Assembly: GCF_963921235.1 (NCBI RefSeq)
Contig: NC_086108.1
Coordinates: 18,786,001-18,850,000, forward strand
Source: Mobula hypostoma
Lineage: Eukaryota
DNA length: 64,000 bases
Direction of reading: 5' to 3'
The notes under the pieces were generated by a model that worked only from the letters and a program-made list of their open reading frames with translations, made no database searches and was not told the origin of the DNA. This document shows, one piece after another, positions 38,540 through 52,264 of the stretch. The position numbers and the translations under genes were made by a program. Position 1 is the stretch's first letter. Each line of letters begins with the position of its first letter.

Positions 38540-39895
38540 AAGAAGGGATTGAAGCAGGAAAAAGCAATTTACAGACCAGTTAGCCTGACTTCAGTGGTTG
38601 GGAAGATGTTGAAATCCATTATTATGGATGAGGTTTCGGGGTGCTTCGAGCGACATGATAAAAAAAGCCAAAGTCAGCATGGATTCCTCAAGGAGAAATC
38701 TTGTCTGACAAACCTGTTGGAATACTTTGAGGAAGTAACAGTCAAGATAGACAAAGGAGAGTCAGTGGATGTTGTTGACTTCGATTTTCAGAAGGCCTCT
38801 GACAAGCAGCCACACATAAGACTGCTTAACAAGATAAGAGCCCATAGTATTACAGGAAATATACCAACATGGATAGAAGATTGGCTGTCTGACAGGAAGC
38901 AAAGAGTGGGAATAAAGGGGACCTATTCTGGTTGGCTGCCAGTGACTAGTGGTGTTCCACGGGGGTTGGGGGATGTGGTATTGACACTGCTTCTTTTCAC
39001 ATTATATGTCTATGATTTGGAGATTTGCATGACAGAATTGATGGCTTGGTGGCTAGGTTTGCTGACAATACAAAGATAAGAGGAGGAGCAGGTTGTGTAA
39101 TGAAAGCAGGGAGTCTGCAGAAGGACTTAGTCGGATTGGGAGAATGGGCAAAGAAGAGGCAGATGGAAGAGGTAGGGAAGTGTATGGTCACACTTTGTTC
39201 GAAAGAATAAAGGCTCAGGCTATTTTCAAAATGGGGAGAAAATTCAAAAATCAGAAGTTCAACGGGACTTAGAAGTCTTTGTGCAGGATTCTCTACAGGT
39301 TAACCTGCAGGATGAGTTGATGGTAAAGAAAGCAAATGCGATGTTAGCATTCATTTTGAGAGGATTCGAATATAGGATCAAGGATAAAGCTGAAGCTTGA
39401 AGTATTATGAGCAGTTTTGGGCCACTTATCTAAGAAAATATGTGTTGGCATTGATGAAAGTTGAAAACCGTTCATGAGAATAATTCAGGGAATGAAAGGG
39501 TTAAAGTATGGGGAGCGCTTAATGACTCTGGGTCTGTACTCACTGGAGTTTAGAAGATGAAGGAGAATCTCATTGAAACCTATCAAATAAAGGCCAAGAT
39601 AGAGTGCACGGACTCAGAATAGAGGGATGTCCATTTAGAACAGAGATGGGGAAGAATTTGCTTAGCCAGAGGGTGGTGAATCTGTGGAATTCTTTGCCAT
39701 GGATAGTTGTGGAGGCCAAGTCATTAACTATGTCTAAAGCACAGGTTGAATGGCCCTTGATTAATCAGGACGTCAAAGGTTATGGAGAGAAGGCAGGAGA
39801 ATAGGGTTGAGAGGGATAATAAATCAGCCATGTTTGAATGGCGGAGGAGACTCGATAGGACGAATGGTCTAACTCTTCTCTTGTGTTTTATGGCA
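38540..39895 (+). mobile_element. Degenerate CR1 RT + 3' end, inserted in an older antisense LINE relic (about 38230-40140)
   Basis: ORF 38549-39079 YRPVSLTSVVGK...QHGFLKEKSCLTNLLE. Confidence 0.9.
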
Positions 39896-40510
39896 TTACT
39901 GGATTGGATTCATTCTGCTGTTTATGATCAGGGCACAACTGGGCAATTGCCGATTTGCTGGGGTTGGCCCAGAGATATAATTAGAGGTGCAGCTATTTCT
40001 GGAGTACAGCTCTTCAGAAGGGTCAGGTCAGGATGTTGACTGGTCCCTAGCCTTTGTATATTGGATATTCTCAGCCCTTTCTTGTAAGTGAATGAAATTG
40101 GGTGGAGGCTGGTGGCTGTGACAGTGGGAGTGTCAGGAGGAAACCAGTTTGGGAAATTCGTGACAATTCTGGGAGCAGAGGCAGCAGCTTAAAAGCCTGG
40201 AGATCCAGACTTAATAATGCCTTCTCCCCACTGCTATCAGATTTCTGAACTAATCACACTCCCTTCCCAGATGTTCAGCCATGTTCACGTTCTTAATTCT
40301 ACCTCTTCCATTATTGTCACTTCAGCATTTCTTTTTTGCCCTACTTCAAATTGCACAACTGCCTTTGCACCTTCCTGCTGTTTTGTGTTCATTGTTGTAT
40401 TTATGCACACTCTTTACCTGTGAGCCTCATGTGAACAAGGATTTTCATTGCACCCTGGTGTATATGTCAATAAATAAATCCAACTATAACCTAATATATC
40501 AATTTGTCTA

Positions 40511-41035
40511 CAGTACTGTGCAAAAGTTCTAGGCACATATATATATAGCCTAAGCCTTTTGCAGAGCACTGTATTTGTCAGCATGAAGTGGAGAGCAAGT
40601 TTGTAAATCTGGTGGGAGCAAAGGATGTTGGGAATGGCAAGGGTGGAGCACCGTGGGAGGGGTGTGGGACAGGTGGCAGAGAAGGAGTGCCAGGGGCAGG
40701 GGTTGGTGCCGGTGCAGACACACCCAGCTCTGAGACACCAGGCAAGGTCATTTGATTCAAAACAATCAATTTATCGATCATTACAGTGTGACTTCCCACT
40801 CCTCCCCTCTCCCTTCCCCTTTTCCCAACCATGATTCCCCTCTCCCTACTCACTTCCCACTCTTAGTCCATAATCGAGACCCAGATCAGGTTTATCATTA
40901 CTCACATATTTCATGAAATTTGTTTTTTTTTCTGCGGCAACAGTACAGTGCAGTACATAAAATTACTACAGTATTGCGTAAAAGTCTTAGGCACCCTAGC
41001 TATATACATGTGTCTCAGACTTTTGCATGGTACTG
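40511..41035. mobile_element. Compound Tc1/mariner-type MITE
   Basis: TA|cagtactgtgcaaaagt ... acttttgcatggtactg|TA, with two additional internal TIR copies. Confidence 0.8.
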
Positions 41036-41514
41036 TATCCACGTGGTGATATTTGGAGCAAGATCATTTGGCTAGCCTCAAGTCCGATATTCTTTCAGGT
41101 GAGCATTCCCTAACATGCGACCACTTCACTGCCTCACAAACCCATTCATCTGATGGCACTGAACTTGTGCTTACACTGGCAGCTCTGATTAACTGCCTGA
41201 CACTCCCCAACAGGGAACCACCAGTAGCAATTTCCAGTGTCTGGCCCCTAAGCCACTACTGCGCAGATCTTTATCTCTGGGCTTCATGTTGTGTGAAGGT
41301 GATTAGGGCTCACAAAAAAGTTTGAAATTCCTCAATAAAAGCATGAGCCAACAGCTTCAAACGTAACCTCCCAAAACCCTGCATGTGTGGCTATGAAGGA
41401 GAGGAAGAGGTGTTGTAGTGCTCCCAAAGGCCAGTTTGCGAGGTGAATGCAAAGTCAAACCTGTTGCCAATCAATGATCTGTCACATTTACTGTAACACA
41501 CAGAGTTTTCCCAC

Positions 41515-41775
41515 CTCCAGATCCCATTAACACTGCACAGGAAATGAATCTTGAGGGGGATCGGGGCAAGGACATGGTTCAAGTAAACATGGTAGAAAAC
41601 TTCAGACTCTGGAGGAAATTGGTCTGAACTTTTACCCTTGTCTTTCGAACAATCCAGAGGGATTTGTGGAAAAGCAGACCCACAAACATCTTTGGCTTTC
41701 ATTCCTCCTCTATTTTTTTTATGATACTGCGATAAAAGTGTGCCCAACTTTTGGTAACAGCTCTCTTCACGTGGT
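41515..41775 (-). CDS. Candidate internal coding exon (261 nt, phase 2-2) of the same gene
   Basis: Acceptor tctctccctag|A and donor AG|gtggga. Translation PREESCYQKLGTLLSQYHKKNRGGMKAKDVCGSAFPQIPLDCSKDKGKSSDQFPPESEVFYHVYLNHVLAPIPLKIHFLCSVNGIWR. Confidence 0.55.
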
Positions 41776-41821
41776 CTAGGGAGAGATTTGTGAGAGATGA
41801 GATCATTATCAAACCCTCTCT

Positions 41822-42612
41822 GATGTGTGTGTGTGTGTGTGTGTGTGTATATGCATGTGCATATGTGGGAATATGTGAGAGTGTTTGTGAACGTGTTTGT
41901 GTGAGTGTACATGTATGAGTGTGTGTGTGTGAGTGTGTGTTTGTGTGAGTGAGTGTGAGAGTGTGTGTGTGCACAAATGTGTGAGTGTGATTGTGTATGT
42001 GTATGAGTGTGTATATTTGTGTGTGTGTGAGTATAAGTTTGTGTGTGAATTTGTGAGTGAGGGCGTGTGCATGTGTTTGTGTGAATGTGAGAGTGTGATT
42101 GTGTGTGTGTGTGTGTATGAGTGTGTATGTTTGCATGTGTGAGCATGTGTCTATGTGTGGATGAGTGTGTATGAGTGTGTATATTTGCATGTGAGAGTGT
42201 ATGTGTTTATATGTGTGCATATGTGTTTGTGTGTCTGTGTGAGTATGTGTTTTAATGTGAGAGTGTGATTGTGTGTGTGTATGAGTGTGCACTTTTGCAT
42301 GAGTGAGTGTGTGTGTCTTTGTGTGAGTGTGTGTGATTATATAAGTGTGTGTGTGTTTGTGTGAGTGGGTATGTGTGTGTGAATGTGAGAGTGTGATTGT
42401 GGGTGTATGAGTGTGAGTGTCAGAATGTGTACGTGTGAGTGTGTGTGTTTGAGTGTGTATGTTTGTGTGTGTGTATGAGTGTGTACGTTTGCATGTGTGT
42501 GTGTGTCTGTGTGAGTGTGTGTCGTGTGGGTGGGTGAGTGTGTGTGTGTGTGCATGTGTGAGAGTGTGGGTCTGTGTGTGTGTGTGTGTGTCTGCGTGTG
42601 TGTGTGTGTATG
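41822..42612. repeat. (TG)n-rich low-complexity tract
   Basis: About 790 bp of degenerate TG/TGAG repeats. Confidence 0.95.
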
Positions 42613-43499
42613 AATGGGTATGAGGGAATAATGTTTGACATAAATTGCTGGATAGAAACCGGATCAGGTAGAAATGTTTTCTTCAGCACTATACCACACA
42701 ATTTTCCACAGAGTAAACTGTGTGAGCAGTCATTTCCAGATCAAACTGTTCCAGTAAGGCCATTAGCTGAATGGAAAAATCTCAGTGTGTAGAATGATTT
42801 CAGTGAGGAATTGGTGGGATTTTAGGTCGTAGGATTGCTTGGTGTTGTTGCTCTTCCTTTGCCTTCATTAACTACCCTAATGACCTCACATTGGCGCCCT
42901 TGAAGAAGCCCGACCTTGTCTTCAATAGAGAAGGTTTCTGCTTCCAAACTGTGCAAGTTATGATGATGGTGAGGACATCATGATGCTCAATATCTGAACA
43001 GTTTCAGAGCATGGCATCTGGGAGGCACCAGCAGGAACCCTGCAAGAGTAGGAAGGCAGCTCCAGAGGGAGATGCTTCCATGCTTAGTCAGGAGCTCTGC
43101 TGTCTTGCCAGGGCATGGAGGGGAAGGCAATGTTTTTACTGGGATCCCACTTCCAGAGAGACCTCTTTGCACAGTCAGTGAGCTCCTCAAAACAAGTGCT
43201 GCTTGGTACCACCACCACCTATGAACAAGCCAGGGCATAGACAAAACTCCTTCTAGTATTGTTTTCAGGTGTCTCTTCTGACTCTCATTGAGCCAGCTCT
43301 GCAGTGCTACTATTTAAACCTTACACTATAGCTCTTGCAGTGCACATGTACAAAGCTATGCAGTGAGTTAAACACCTTCTCAAAAATCGCACCAGACAGA
43401 AACTTCCTTCAGGGTTTTTTAAATGAGATCTTACTTGTGAACCTACAGAAAGTTAAGTAAAACACGTATTAACTTCTGCTCAGGTCACTCATCTGAGTG

Positions 43500-43901
43500 T
43501 TACTGGTACCACGTAACCCGGTACTACCTGTTGCATGGTCGGGTGGTCGGCGACTGAACCGGCTCCCCCCCAGGCTTGACACCCTACAGGATGAAAAATA
43601 GGACCTGTCAAAGGGCAGATGAACCCTCTTGTAGGGTCAACGGCCATCTAGCGAACACGTGCTGTAAAGCGCGGAAAGGGCATCCCTTGTATCGAAGCTT
43701 GGTCTGGCCATTCACTGCAACAGAACTTCCCCCAGCTGTCTTGAACCCCGCCATGCTGCTGTATCCGGGAGGGGATGTCAAGACGGTGGGTCTGGACCTG
43801 TGCAATGCCCTACTCACCTAAAATCCATTCACGCACATGCTGTTCGTTTCTGAGGAGTGGAGTACCACCCCACTAACTGACTGAAAGGAACCATCATCAT
43901 C
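43500..43901 (+). mobile_element. Unclassified CpG-rich retroposon-like element with 3' stem-loop and (CAT)n tail
   Basis: CpG-rich relative to its flanks; gttcgtttc...gaaaggaac stem followed by catcatcat. Confidence 0.4.
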
Positions 43902-44379
43902 CTATGGGATGGATAGCCAGAGAGAGAGGGAAATTCGAAAGAACCACCGTGCACCCAAATATACGAACATTGTTAATTATTCTCACAACTGGTTTTAACC
44001 AAGGTAACACACACATGCAACACTCCATTATACCATGTAAACGAGAGTAAATTTGTGGCACAATAATAATGACAAACAATATGCATAATACTTCCTTCAT
44101 ATTCCTTCCAAATATATCTACTACGCTTACAGACAGGAAGTGATGCTCATACAGAACAAACTGCATACATAATGAACAGTGCCTCTGGAGCCCAGAGCAA
44201 CAACATCACTGCTATTTTGTAAAGAAGATCACTTCCATTACCACCCAACAGCCACCTCACAAGCTGCCCTTTCCTTAGAGAAGTTTCCTCTACAGAGGAT
44301 TAACAGTGAACAGGTACATGGGCTAAACATAGGCAAATGGGCAGATTCAGATGTGCATCTTGGTCACCAATCTGAATAG

Positions 44380-44760
44380 AACGGGCAAAGAGAGGATGTT
44401 TCCATTAGTAAGAGAGTGTAGGATCTGAGGGCACATCCCCAGAATCAAGGAATATCCCTTTAGAACTAAGATATGGAGGGATTTCGGCAGCCAAAAGTTG
44501 GTGAATCTGTGGAATTCATTGCCGCAGACAGCTGTAAGACCATCATTAGGTGTATTTAAGAGAGAGATTGTCTGGTTCTTGAATAGTAAGGAGGGTTAAG
44601 GTTTACAGAGAGAAGTCGAGAGAACGGGATGGAACAAAGATTCAAAAATAATTGAACAGCAGAACAATGTCGATGGGCAGATGGCCTAATTCTCTTATAT
44701 CTTATGGACTTATGGTCTTGTGGCATGGATGAGTTGGACTGAAGGGCCTGTTTCTGTGAC
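44380..44760 (+). mobile_element. CR1 3' fragment
   Basis: gtgaatctgtggaattcattgccg...ggcctaattctc. Confidence 0.8.
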
Positions 44761-45039
44761 TCTAAGGGTGACAGGGTGTTTCTCTGGGCTGTAGTCAGTG
44801 CAAAGAGCAGATCAGTTGAGGAATGCAGTGGGGACCAACATTCCAAGCCAATACTGAACCCGCCATTCTGCTAATCTGCTCCAGAAACACCTATGGGCTC
44901 TCTCTAGACATCCTTGGCAATTATACCTTCTCCAGGATGTCCATCAGCCCAAAGTAACTAAAAACACCGTCCCCAAAGGAGATGGCCAACTCTTCAAGAT
45001 TGTTCATAATTTGTCCCAGCCTCTGTTTACAACTGCTCT

Positions 45040-46820
45040 CCCTAAGACCTCAACAAACTGTACAGGGCTGTGAACACAGCCCAGTCCATCATAAAAAGCT
45101 CCCTGCCCTTCACTGACTCCATTTACACTTCCCACTTCCTTGGGAAAGCAACCAACAAAATCAAGGACTCCTCCTAACCTGGTCATTTCTTCTCCTCTCT
45201 CCTCCTAAAAGGCAGAAGATAAAAAATTTTGCAAGTACTGTATGTACAACCAAGTTCAAGGACAGCTTTTACCAAAGTGTTATCAGATTCTTGAACAGGC
45301 CTCTCATGCATTAAAGAGGAAGTCTTAATCTCACCAACTACCCTTTGTGGCTCTTGTACTTTATTTGTCCACCTGTTCTGTCTTTCCTCTATAGTTGCAA
45401 TCATATTTCCTGCATTTACTGTGTATCACTCACCTCAGCGCAGCACCTCACCTTCTTTGCAATTTTGATGTACTTGTATCTGGAATGATTTGTTTGAGTG
45501 GCCTGCTGTCCAAAAAATCTCAGTGCATGGAACAGTAATAAAGCATTACCAACACAAAGGCAGGAAGTTATAATGTAAATAGTGTGGCTGGTATGGGAAC
45601 AACAATGCCTTTGAGTGGAAAATCCTACCAAAGGTACCGGATTCAGCCCAGTACATCAGGGGTAAAGCCCTCCCAACCATTGAGCGCATCTACATGAAAC
45701 ATTGTCGTAGGAAACAGCATCCATCATCAAAGACGCTCACCACCCAGGCCATGACAGCTTCTTCCACCAAGCTATCAGACTGATTAACTCCTGCTGATTT
45801 GAGTGTACTTCTATGTTACTGTTCTACTTATTATAAGTTATTATAAATTACTATGATTGCATATTGTACATTTAGGCAGAGATGTAACGTAAGGATTTTT
45901 ACTCATGTATGTGAAGGATGTAAGAAATAAAGTCAATTCAATTCTTTTCCCACTGCTGCCATCAGGTAGAAAGGACAGGAGCCTTAAGCCTGATTTATAC
46001 TTCTGTGTCAACTCGACGCCGTAAGTACTGCGTTGCCGCAAATCCTACACATAGCCGACGCGGATCCCTACGCCGTAGCCTGACGTGCACCTCTCCCAAA
46101 ATGTAACTACGCGTCACAGTAACGCAGAACGCAACAGCTGTGATTGGTCCGCTTGGTAGCATCGCATTTCATCCTACGCTGCAATAGCTTCCCATTGGGC
46201 GACTGAAGGGCAGGGAAGAAACTCTGGCTGCAATACTTTCCATAAAGCTTTACAGACCTCCGAAATTATGGAGGACACATTTTGCTTTTATGAAAAAAGA
46301 CGCTCATTTCTTGTTTACCCCGAGAAAGACTACAATGGCCATGAAGCCCTGCACGGGCAGGTGTGTGCGCATGCATGATGTGCGCGAATTGCAGAGCGAC
46401 GCAGACACACCAATGCGCAAGTATAAATGCTCACAATGCTCGTCGGTCACTTGCGTAGGTTACGGCGTCGAGTTGATGCAGAAGTATAAATCAGGCTTTA
46501 GGACTCACACCACCAAGGTTCAAGAACAGTTACTACTGCTCAACCATCAGGTTGTTGAACAAAAGAGGACAACTACACTCATTCTATTTCTGGTGTTCCT
46601 ACAACCACTAATCTCAATTTAAGGTCTCTTTATCGTTATTTCATGCTCTCGTTATTTATCGCTATTTATTTATATTTGCATTTGCACGGTTTGTTGTTCA
46701 TTGATCCAGTTTACAGTTACTATTCTATAGATTTGCTGAGTATGCCCACAGGAAAAAGAATCTCAGGGTTGTATGTGGTGACCTGTATGCACTCTGATAA
46801 TAAATTTTAATTTTAACTTT
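45040..46820 (+). mobile_element. Cluster of Rex1/Babar 3' ends
   Basis: IIKDAHHPGH-like, LFPLLPSGRKDRSLRTHTTKFKNS-like segments and typical tails. Confidence 0.75.
45987..46497. mobile_element. PIF/Harbinger (Tourist-like) MITE, 511 bp
   Basis: About 38-bp TIR agcctgatttatacttctg..tcaactcgacgccgtaa; 3-bp TSD TTA (45984-45986 and 46498-46500); CpG-rich. Confidence 0.9.
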
Positions 46821-46871
46821 ACTTGGAACACATCTGTGTGATTTCCATGGCCTGGCTTCATGCACAGGTGA

Positions 46872-49800
46872 TAGAACATAGAACATAGAATAGTACAGCA
46901 CAGTACAGGCCCTTCGGCCCACAATGTTGTGCCGACCCTCAAACCCTGCCTCCCATATAAGCCCCCACCTTAAATTCCTCCATATACCTGTCCAGTAGTC
47001 TCTTAAACTTCACTGGTGTATCTGCCTCCACCACTGACTCAGGCAGTGCATTCCACGCACCAACCACTCTCTGAGTAGAAAACCTTCCTCTAATATACCC
47101 CTTGAACTTCCCAACCCTTACCATAAAGCCATGTCCTCTTGTATTGAGCAGTGGTGCCCTGGGGAAGAGGTGCTGGCTATCCACTCTATCTATTCCTCTT
47201 ATTATCTTGTACACCTCTATCATGTCTCCTCTCATCCTCCTTCTCTCCAAAGAGTAAAGCCCTAGCTCCCTTAATCTCTGATCATACTGCATACTTTCGA
47301 AACCAGACAGCATCCTGGTAAATCTCCTCTGTACCCTTTCCAATGATTCCACATCCTTCCTATAGTGAGGTGACCAGAACTGGACACAGTACTCCAAGTG
47401 TGGCCTAACCAGAGTTTTACAGAGCTGCATCATTACATCGCAACTCTTAAACTCTATCCCTCAACTTATGAAAGCTAACACCCCATAAGATTTCTTAACT
47501 ACCCTATCCACCTGTGAGGCAACTTTCAGGTATCTGTGGACATGTACCCCCAGATCCCTCTGCTCCTCCACACTACCAAGTATCCTGTCATTTACTTTGT
47601 ACTCTGCCTTGGAGTTTGTCCTTCCAAAGTGTACCACCTCATACTTCTCTGGGTTGAACTCCATCTGCCACTTCTCAGCCCACTTCTGCATCCTATCAAT
47701 GTCTCTCTGCAATCTTTGACAATCCTCTACACTATATACAACACCACCAACCTTTGTGTTGTCTGCAAACATGCCAACCTACCCTTCTACCCCCACATCC
47801 AGGTCGTTAATAAAAAATCACGAAAAGTAGAGGTCCCAGAACAGATCCTTGTGGGACACCACTAGTCACAATCCTCCAATCTGAATGTACTCCCTCCACC
47901 ACGACCCTCTGCCTTCTGCAGGCAAGCCAATTCTGAATCCACCTGGCCAAACTTCCCTGGATCTCATGCCTTCTGACTTTCTGAATGAGCCTACCATGTG
48001 GAACCTTGTCAAATGCCTTACTAAAATCCATATAGATCACATCCACTGCACTACCCTCATCATATGCCTGGTCACCTCCTCAAAGAACTCTATCAGGCTT
48101 GTTAGACACGATCTGCCCTTCACAAAGCCGTGCTGACTGTCCCTGATCAGGCCATGATTCTCTAAATGCCCATAGATCCTATCTCTAAGAATCTTTTCCA
48201 ACAGCTTTCCCATCACAGACGTAAGGCTCACTGGTCTATAATTACCCGGACTATCCCTACTACCTTTTTTGAACAAGGGGACAACTTTCGCCTCCCTCCA
48301 ATCCTCCGGTACCATTCCCATGAACAACGAGGACATAAAGATCCTAGCCAGAGGCTCAGCAATCTCTTCCCTTGCCTTGTGGAGCAGCCTGGGGAATATT
48401 CCATCAGGCCCCGGGGACTTACACGTCCTAATGTATTTTAACAACTCCAAAACCTCCTCTCCCTTAATATCAACATGCTCCAGAACATCAACCTCACTCA
48501 TATTGTCCTCACCATCATCAAGTTCCCTCTCATTGGTGAATACTGAAGAGAAGTATTCATTGAGGACCTCGCTCACTTCCATAGCCTCCAGGCACATCTT
48601 CCCACCTTTATTTCTAATCAGTCCTACCTTCACTTCTGTCATCCTTTTTTTCTTCACATAATTGAAGAATGCCTTGGGGTTTTCCTTTACCCTACTCACC
48701 AAGGCCTTCTCATGCTCCCTTCTTGCTCTTCTCAGCCCCTCCTTAAGCTCAATTCTTGCTTCCCTATATTCCTCAATAAACCCATCTGATCCCTACTTCC
48801 TAAACCTCATGTATGCTGCCTTCCACCTGATTAGATTTTCCACCTCACTCATCACCCATGGTTCCTTCACCCTACCATTCTTTATCTTCCTCACCAGGAC
48901 AAATTTATCCCTAACATCCCACAAGAGATCTCTAAACATCGACCACATGTCCATAGTACATTTCCCTCCAAAAACATCATCCCAATTCACACCCGCAAGT
49001 TCTAGCCTTATAGCCTCATAATTTGCCTTTCCCCAATTAAAAATTTTCCTGTCCTCTCTGATTCTATCCTTTTCCATGATAATGCTAAAGGCCAGGGAGC
49101 GGTGGTCACTGTCCCCCAGATGCTCACCCACTGAGAGATCTGTGACCTGACCCGGTTCATTACCTAGTACTAGATCTAGTATGGCATTTCCCCTAGTCGG
49201 CCTGTCCACATACTGTGACAGGAATCCATCCTGGACACACTTAACAAACTCTGCCCCATCTAAACCCTTGGAACTAATCAGGTGCCAATCAATATTAGGG
49301 AAGTTAAAATCACCCATGATAACAACCCTATTATTTTTGCATCTTTCCAAAATCTGCTCCCAATCTGCTCCTCTGCATCTCTGCTGCTACCAGGGGGCCT
49401 ATAGAATACCCCCAGTAGAGTAACTGTTCCCTTCCTGTTCCTGACTTCCACCCATACTGACTCAAAAGAGGATCCTGTTAAATTACCCACGCTTTCTGTA
49501 GCTGTAATAGTATCCCTGACCAGTAATGCCACCCCTCCTCCCCTCCCCCCCCATCCCTTTTAAAGCACTGAAATCCAGGAATATTGAGAATCTATTCCTG
49601 CCCTGGTGCCAGCCAAGTCTCTATAATGGCCACTACATCATAATTCCATGTATGTATCCAAGATCTCAGTTCATCACCTTTGTTCCTGATGCTTCTTGCA
49701 TTGAGGTACACACATTTCAGCCCTTCTACCTTACTGTCTTTACACCATTTATTCTGCTTCTCTTTCCTCAAAGCCTCTCTATATGTTAGATCTGGCTTTA

Positions 49801-50292
49801 CTCCATGCACTTCTTTCACTGCTCTATCGCTCTGGGTCCCATCCCCCTCGCAAATTAGTTTAAACCCTCCCGAACCATGCCAGCGAACCTACCTGCAACC
49901 TACCTCCCCCTCGGGTTCAGATGCAACCCATCCAATCCGTACAGGTCCCACCTTCCCCAGAAGAGATCCCAATGATCCAAAAATCTAAAACCCTGCTCCC
50001 TGCACCAATTCCTCAGCCATGCATTCAACTGCCATCTCCTCCAATTCCTACCATCACTATCACACAGCACTGGCAGCAATCCTGAGAACGTCACCCTTGA
50101 GGTCCTGTTCTTCAACCTTCTGCCTAGTTCCCGAAACTCACAATTCAGGACCTCATCCCTCTTGCTGCCTATGTCATTGGTCCCAACATGTATCATGACT
50201 TCTGGTTGCTTTCCCTTTCGTACCGGGATGTCGTGCACCCGGTCAGAGACATCCCGGACCCTGGCACCCGGGAGGCAACAAACCATGCGGGT
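46872..50292 (-). mobile_element. Long CR1 LINE: part of ORF1 esterase, whole ORF2 (frameshifted), 3' tail
   Basis: Collinear ORFs 49900-50370 (VGTNDI), 49592 (YLNARSIRNK), 48793 (GDFNFP, SDH), 48037, 47807, 47461 and 46939; (tagaaca)n tail. Confidence 0.97.
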
Positions 50293-50739
50293 GTGATGTA
50301 ATGAGGAAGTAAAATAAAAATCAGCAGACCATTCCTTAAAGAGGCACAATGTCCCTTTAAAAGCAAACAAACACTACCTTCTGTTTCCTGGAAAAGAACA
50401 GTTGCTAATGTATTTATTTACAAACTTAGAAAACCTTTGTGCTCCTGTCCATAAAGCTTTACTGGGCCAGTGAAGTTCGAGAAACAAAGTGTAGTTACCT
50501 TGATCAGGACTACATATAAACAGACTTACGAGCTGAGGTAATAAAGTTTTATGAGAGTTTGGAGAGCTCATGACTCTCCAGTTAGCAAGCTGATGGGATG
50601 CTGTGTACCAGCCAAGGAAGCCAGGATTTTATGTAAGCCTCCAGCATTTATGGGTGTTTGCTGAATTGGAAGGTGCTGCAGCAACATATCCTCAATATGC
50701 CTAGTGCAGTCAGTGTGGTGTGGGGTCTCACTGCCAACT

Positions 50740-51127
50740 ATGGGTGCACGTGTCAGTGAGTGTGTGTGCACATGCGTCCATTCAATGTGTCTGTCAAAGC
50801 CGTGTTTATTATGTTCATATGTGTGTTTGTGTATGAACATACATGAGCGAGCACATGTGCATGCACTATATGTACATATCAGAGATCTGGTGTGTGATTG
50901 TGCATGTGTGTGTTCATGAATGGTGTGCATATGAGAGAGTGTCTCTGAGAGCATATACATATGCTTGTGTATGTGCATGGGTGTGTATGCAAGCGGGTCT
51001 GTGGGTGCACACTTGTTTGAGTGTATCAGTCTGTATGTCTGCATCTATATACGGTATATTTACATGTTCGTGCATCTTTATGTGTGTTTGTGCAAGTTTG
51101 CATGTTTCTGTAATTTGGTACGTGTGT

Positions 51128-51177
<50 letters not shown>
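50740..51177. repeat. TG-rich low-complexity tract ending in a perfect (TG)n
   Basis: Perfect run at about 51130-51177. Confidence 0.95.
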
Positions 51178-51181
<4 letters not shown>

Positions 51182-52070
51182 GATGATTGTTGACTGTGCA
51201 GAGCTGCATTGTGATAATGCTCTACTGGTGACAACACTGACTCAGAGGGGTTGTTGTTCCCAAACTGGAGTGAGTGTTACCCATGGCCAACAGGCTGAAC
51301 TCAGGAAATCTGCAATGGTCACTTTTGAAAGCTGGAGATGTAATTATTTTTTTCCAATGGACTGTAGATCTCAATGGAGCATGTTGCCCAGTTTCTGCTC
51401 CAACTAGATAGGTTAACTCAAATGTTGATATTATTCTCAGAATAAGCTGAGTAAACTTAGCAATTCACACCAAGACCATTGAAGGACAGGAGCCACCAGT
51501 CTAAACTGAATTTGATTGAGCCCTTGTCTTATAGGACCTGCAATAACTAACAACAGACTGACTGCTCCAGCAGGAGTGTGTCAGGACAAGACTGAACAAG
51601 GAGGAATGTCTCCAACATGAGGACTTCCAACCAATGTAATTCCCTACCCTGCAGCTGAAGGTGTTGTGGTTAAGACTGAGATCCACAGATTGTTACAGAC
51701 TGAATGAAGCAACCCCAGCTCTATTTTCTGTGTGCTTCAAAACTGTAGTTTAGAAAGTGTATTCATTGTGATAAAGAGGTTTGTTTTACACTCATGTCTT
51801 ACCAGATAGTTCTAATACGACCCTTTGGAGATGTGCGCAGACACTTCATGGTGCTAGGTCAGAAAAACAGAAACAAGCTAGAAAGACAGAATAACTATAG
51901 CAAAATACTTAATGCAGTAATTTTCATCAATATTAATATCAATTAGTTTAGGATCTGTCAACAAGGTCTTTAGCACTGTCATTTGCAAGGGTTTAATTTG
52001 CTCACAGAAACTAAATAAGGCTGCAAAGTCTTGGTACCGTTGACAGGAAAAGTCAAATCTTTATCCTTAC

Positions 52071-52264
52071 CTTCCAGACCGTGGCTGAGTTCCATGCTTA
52101 ACATTGTGGGGTAACTCTTGCCTCTCTAAGGAATGGTATCCAGTGAAAGACTTACAATCTAGGCACAAGTCTTGTTCATCTACACCAGAGACCTCTCTGT
52201 GAATCAGTACAGGAGACACCAAACACACCACATCACTTTCTGCTTGGAGGGTGGGAACAGCCAT
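52071..52264 (-). CDS. Candidate first coding exon of the same gene
   Basis: Kozak cttgccATGG with an upstream in-frame TAA; strong donor AAG|gtaagg (phase 2, matches the next exon); strong acceptor ttcttctctctcctcag| before 52309. Translation MAVPTLQAESDVVCLVSPVLIHRE...TQPRSGR. Confidence 0.5.

Noticed and set aside
41776..42701. Long His/Thr-rich and Cys/Val-rich ORFs (also 35911-36177 and 50568-51407)
   Set aside because: Artefacts of (CA/TG)n low-complexity DNA.
43435..43442. 8-nt minus-strand micro-exon between strong splice signals
   Set aside because: It would shift the frame of the candidate gene; no other support.
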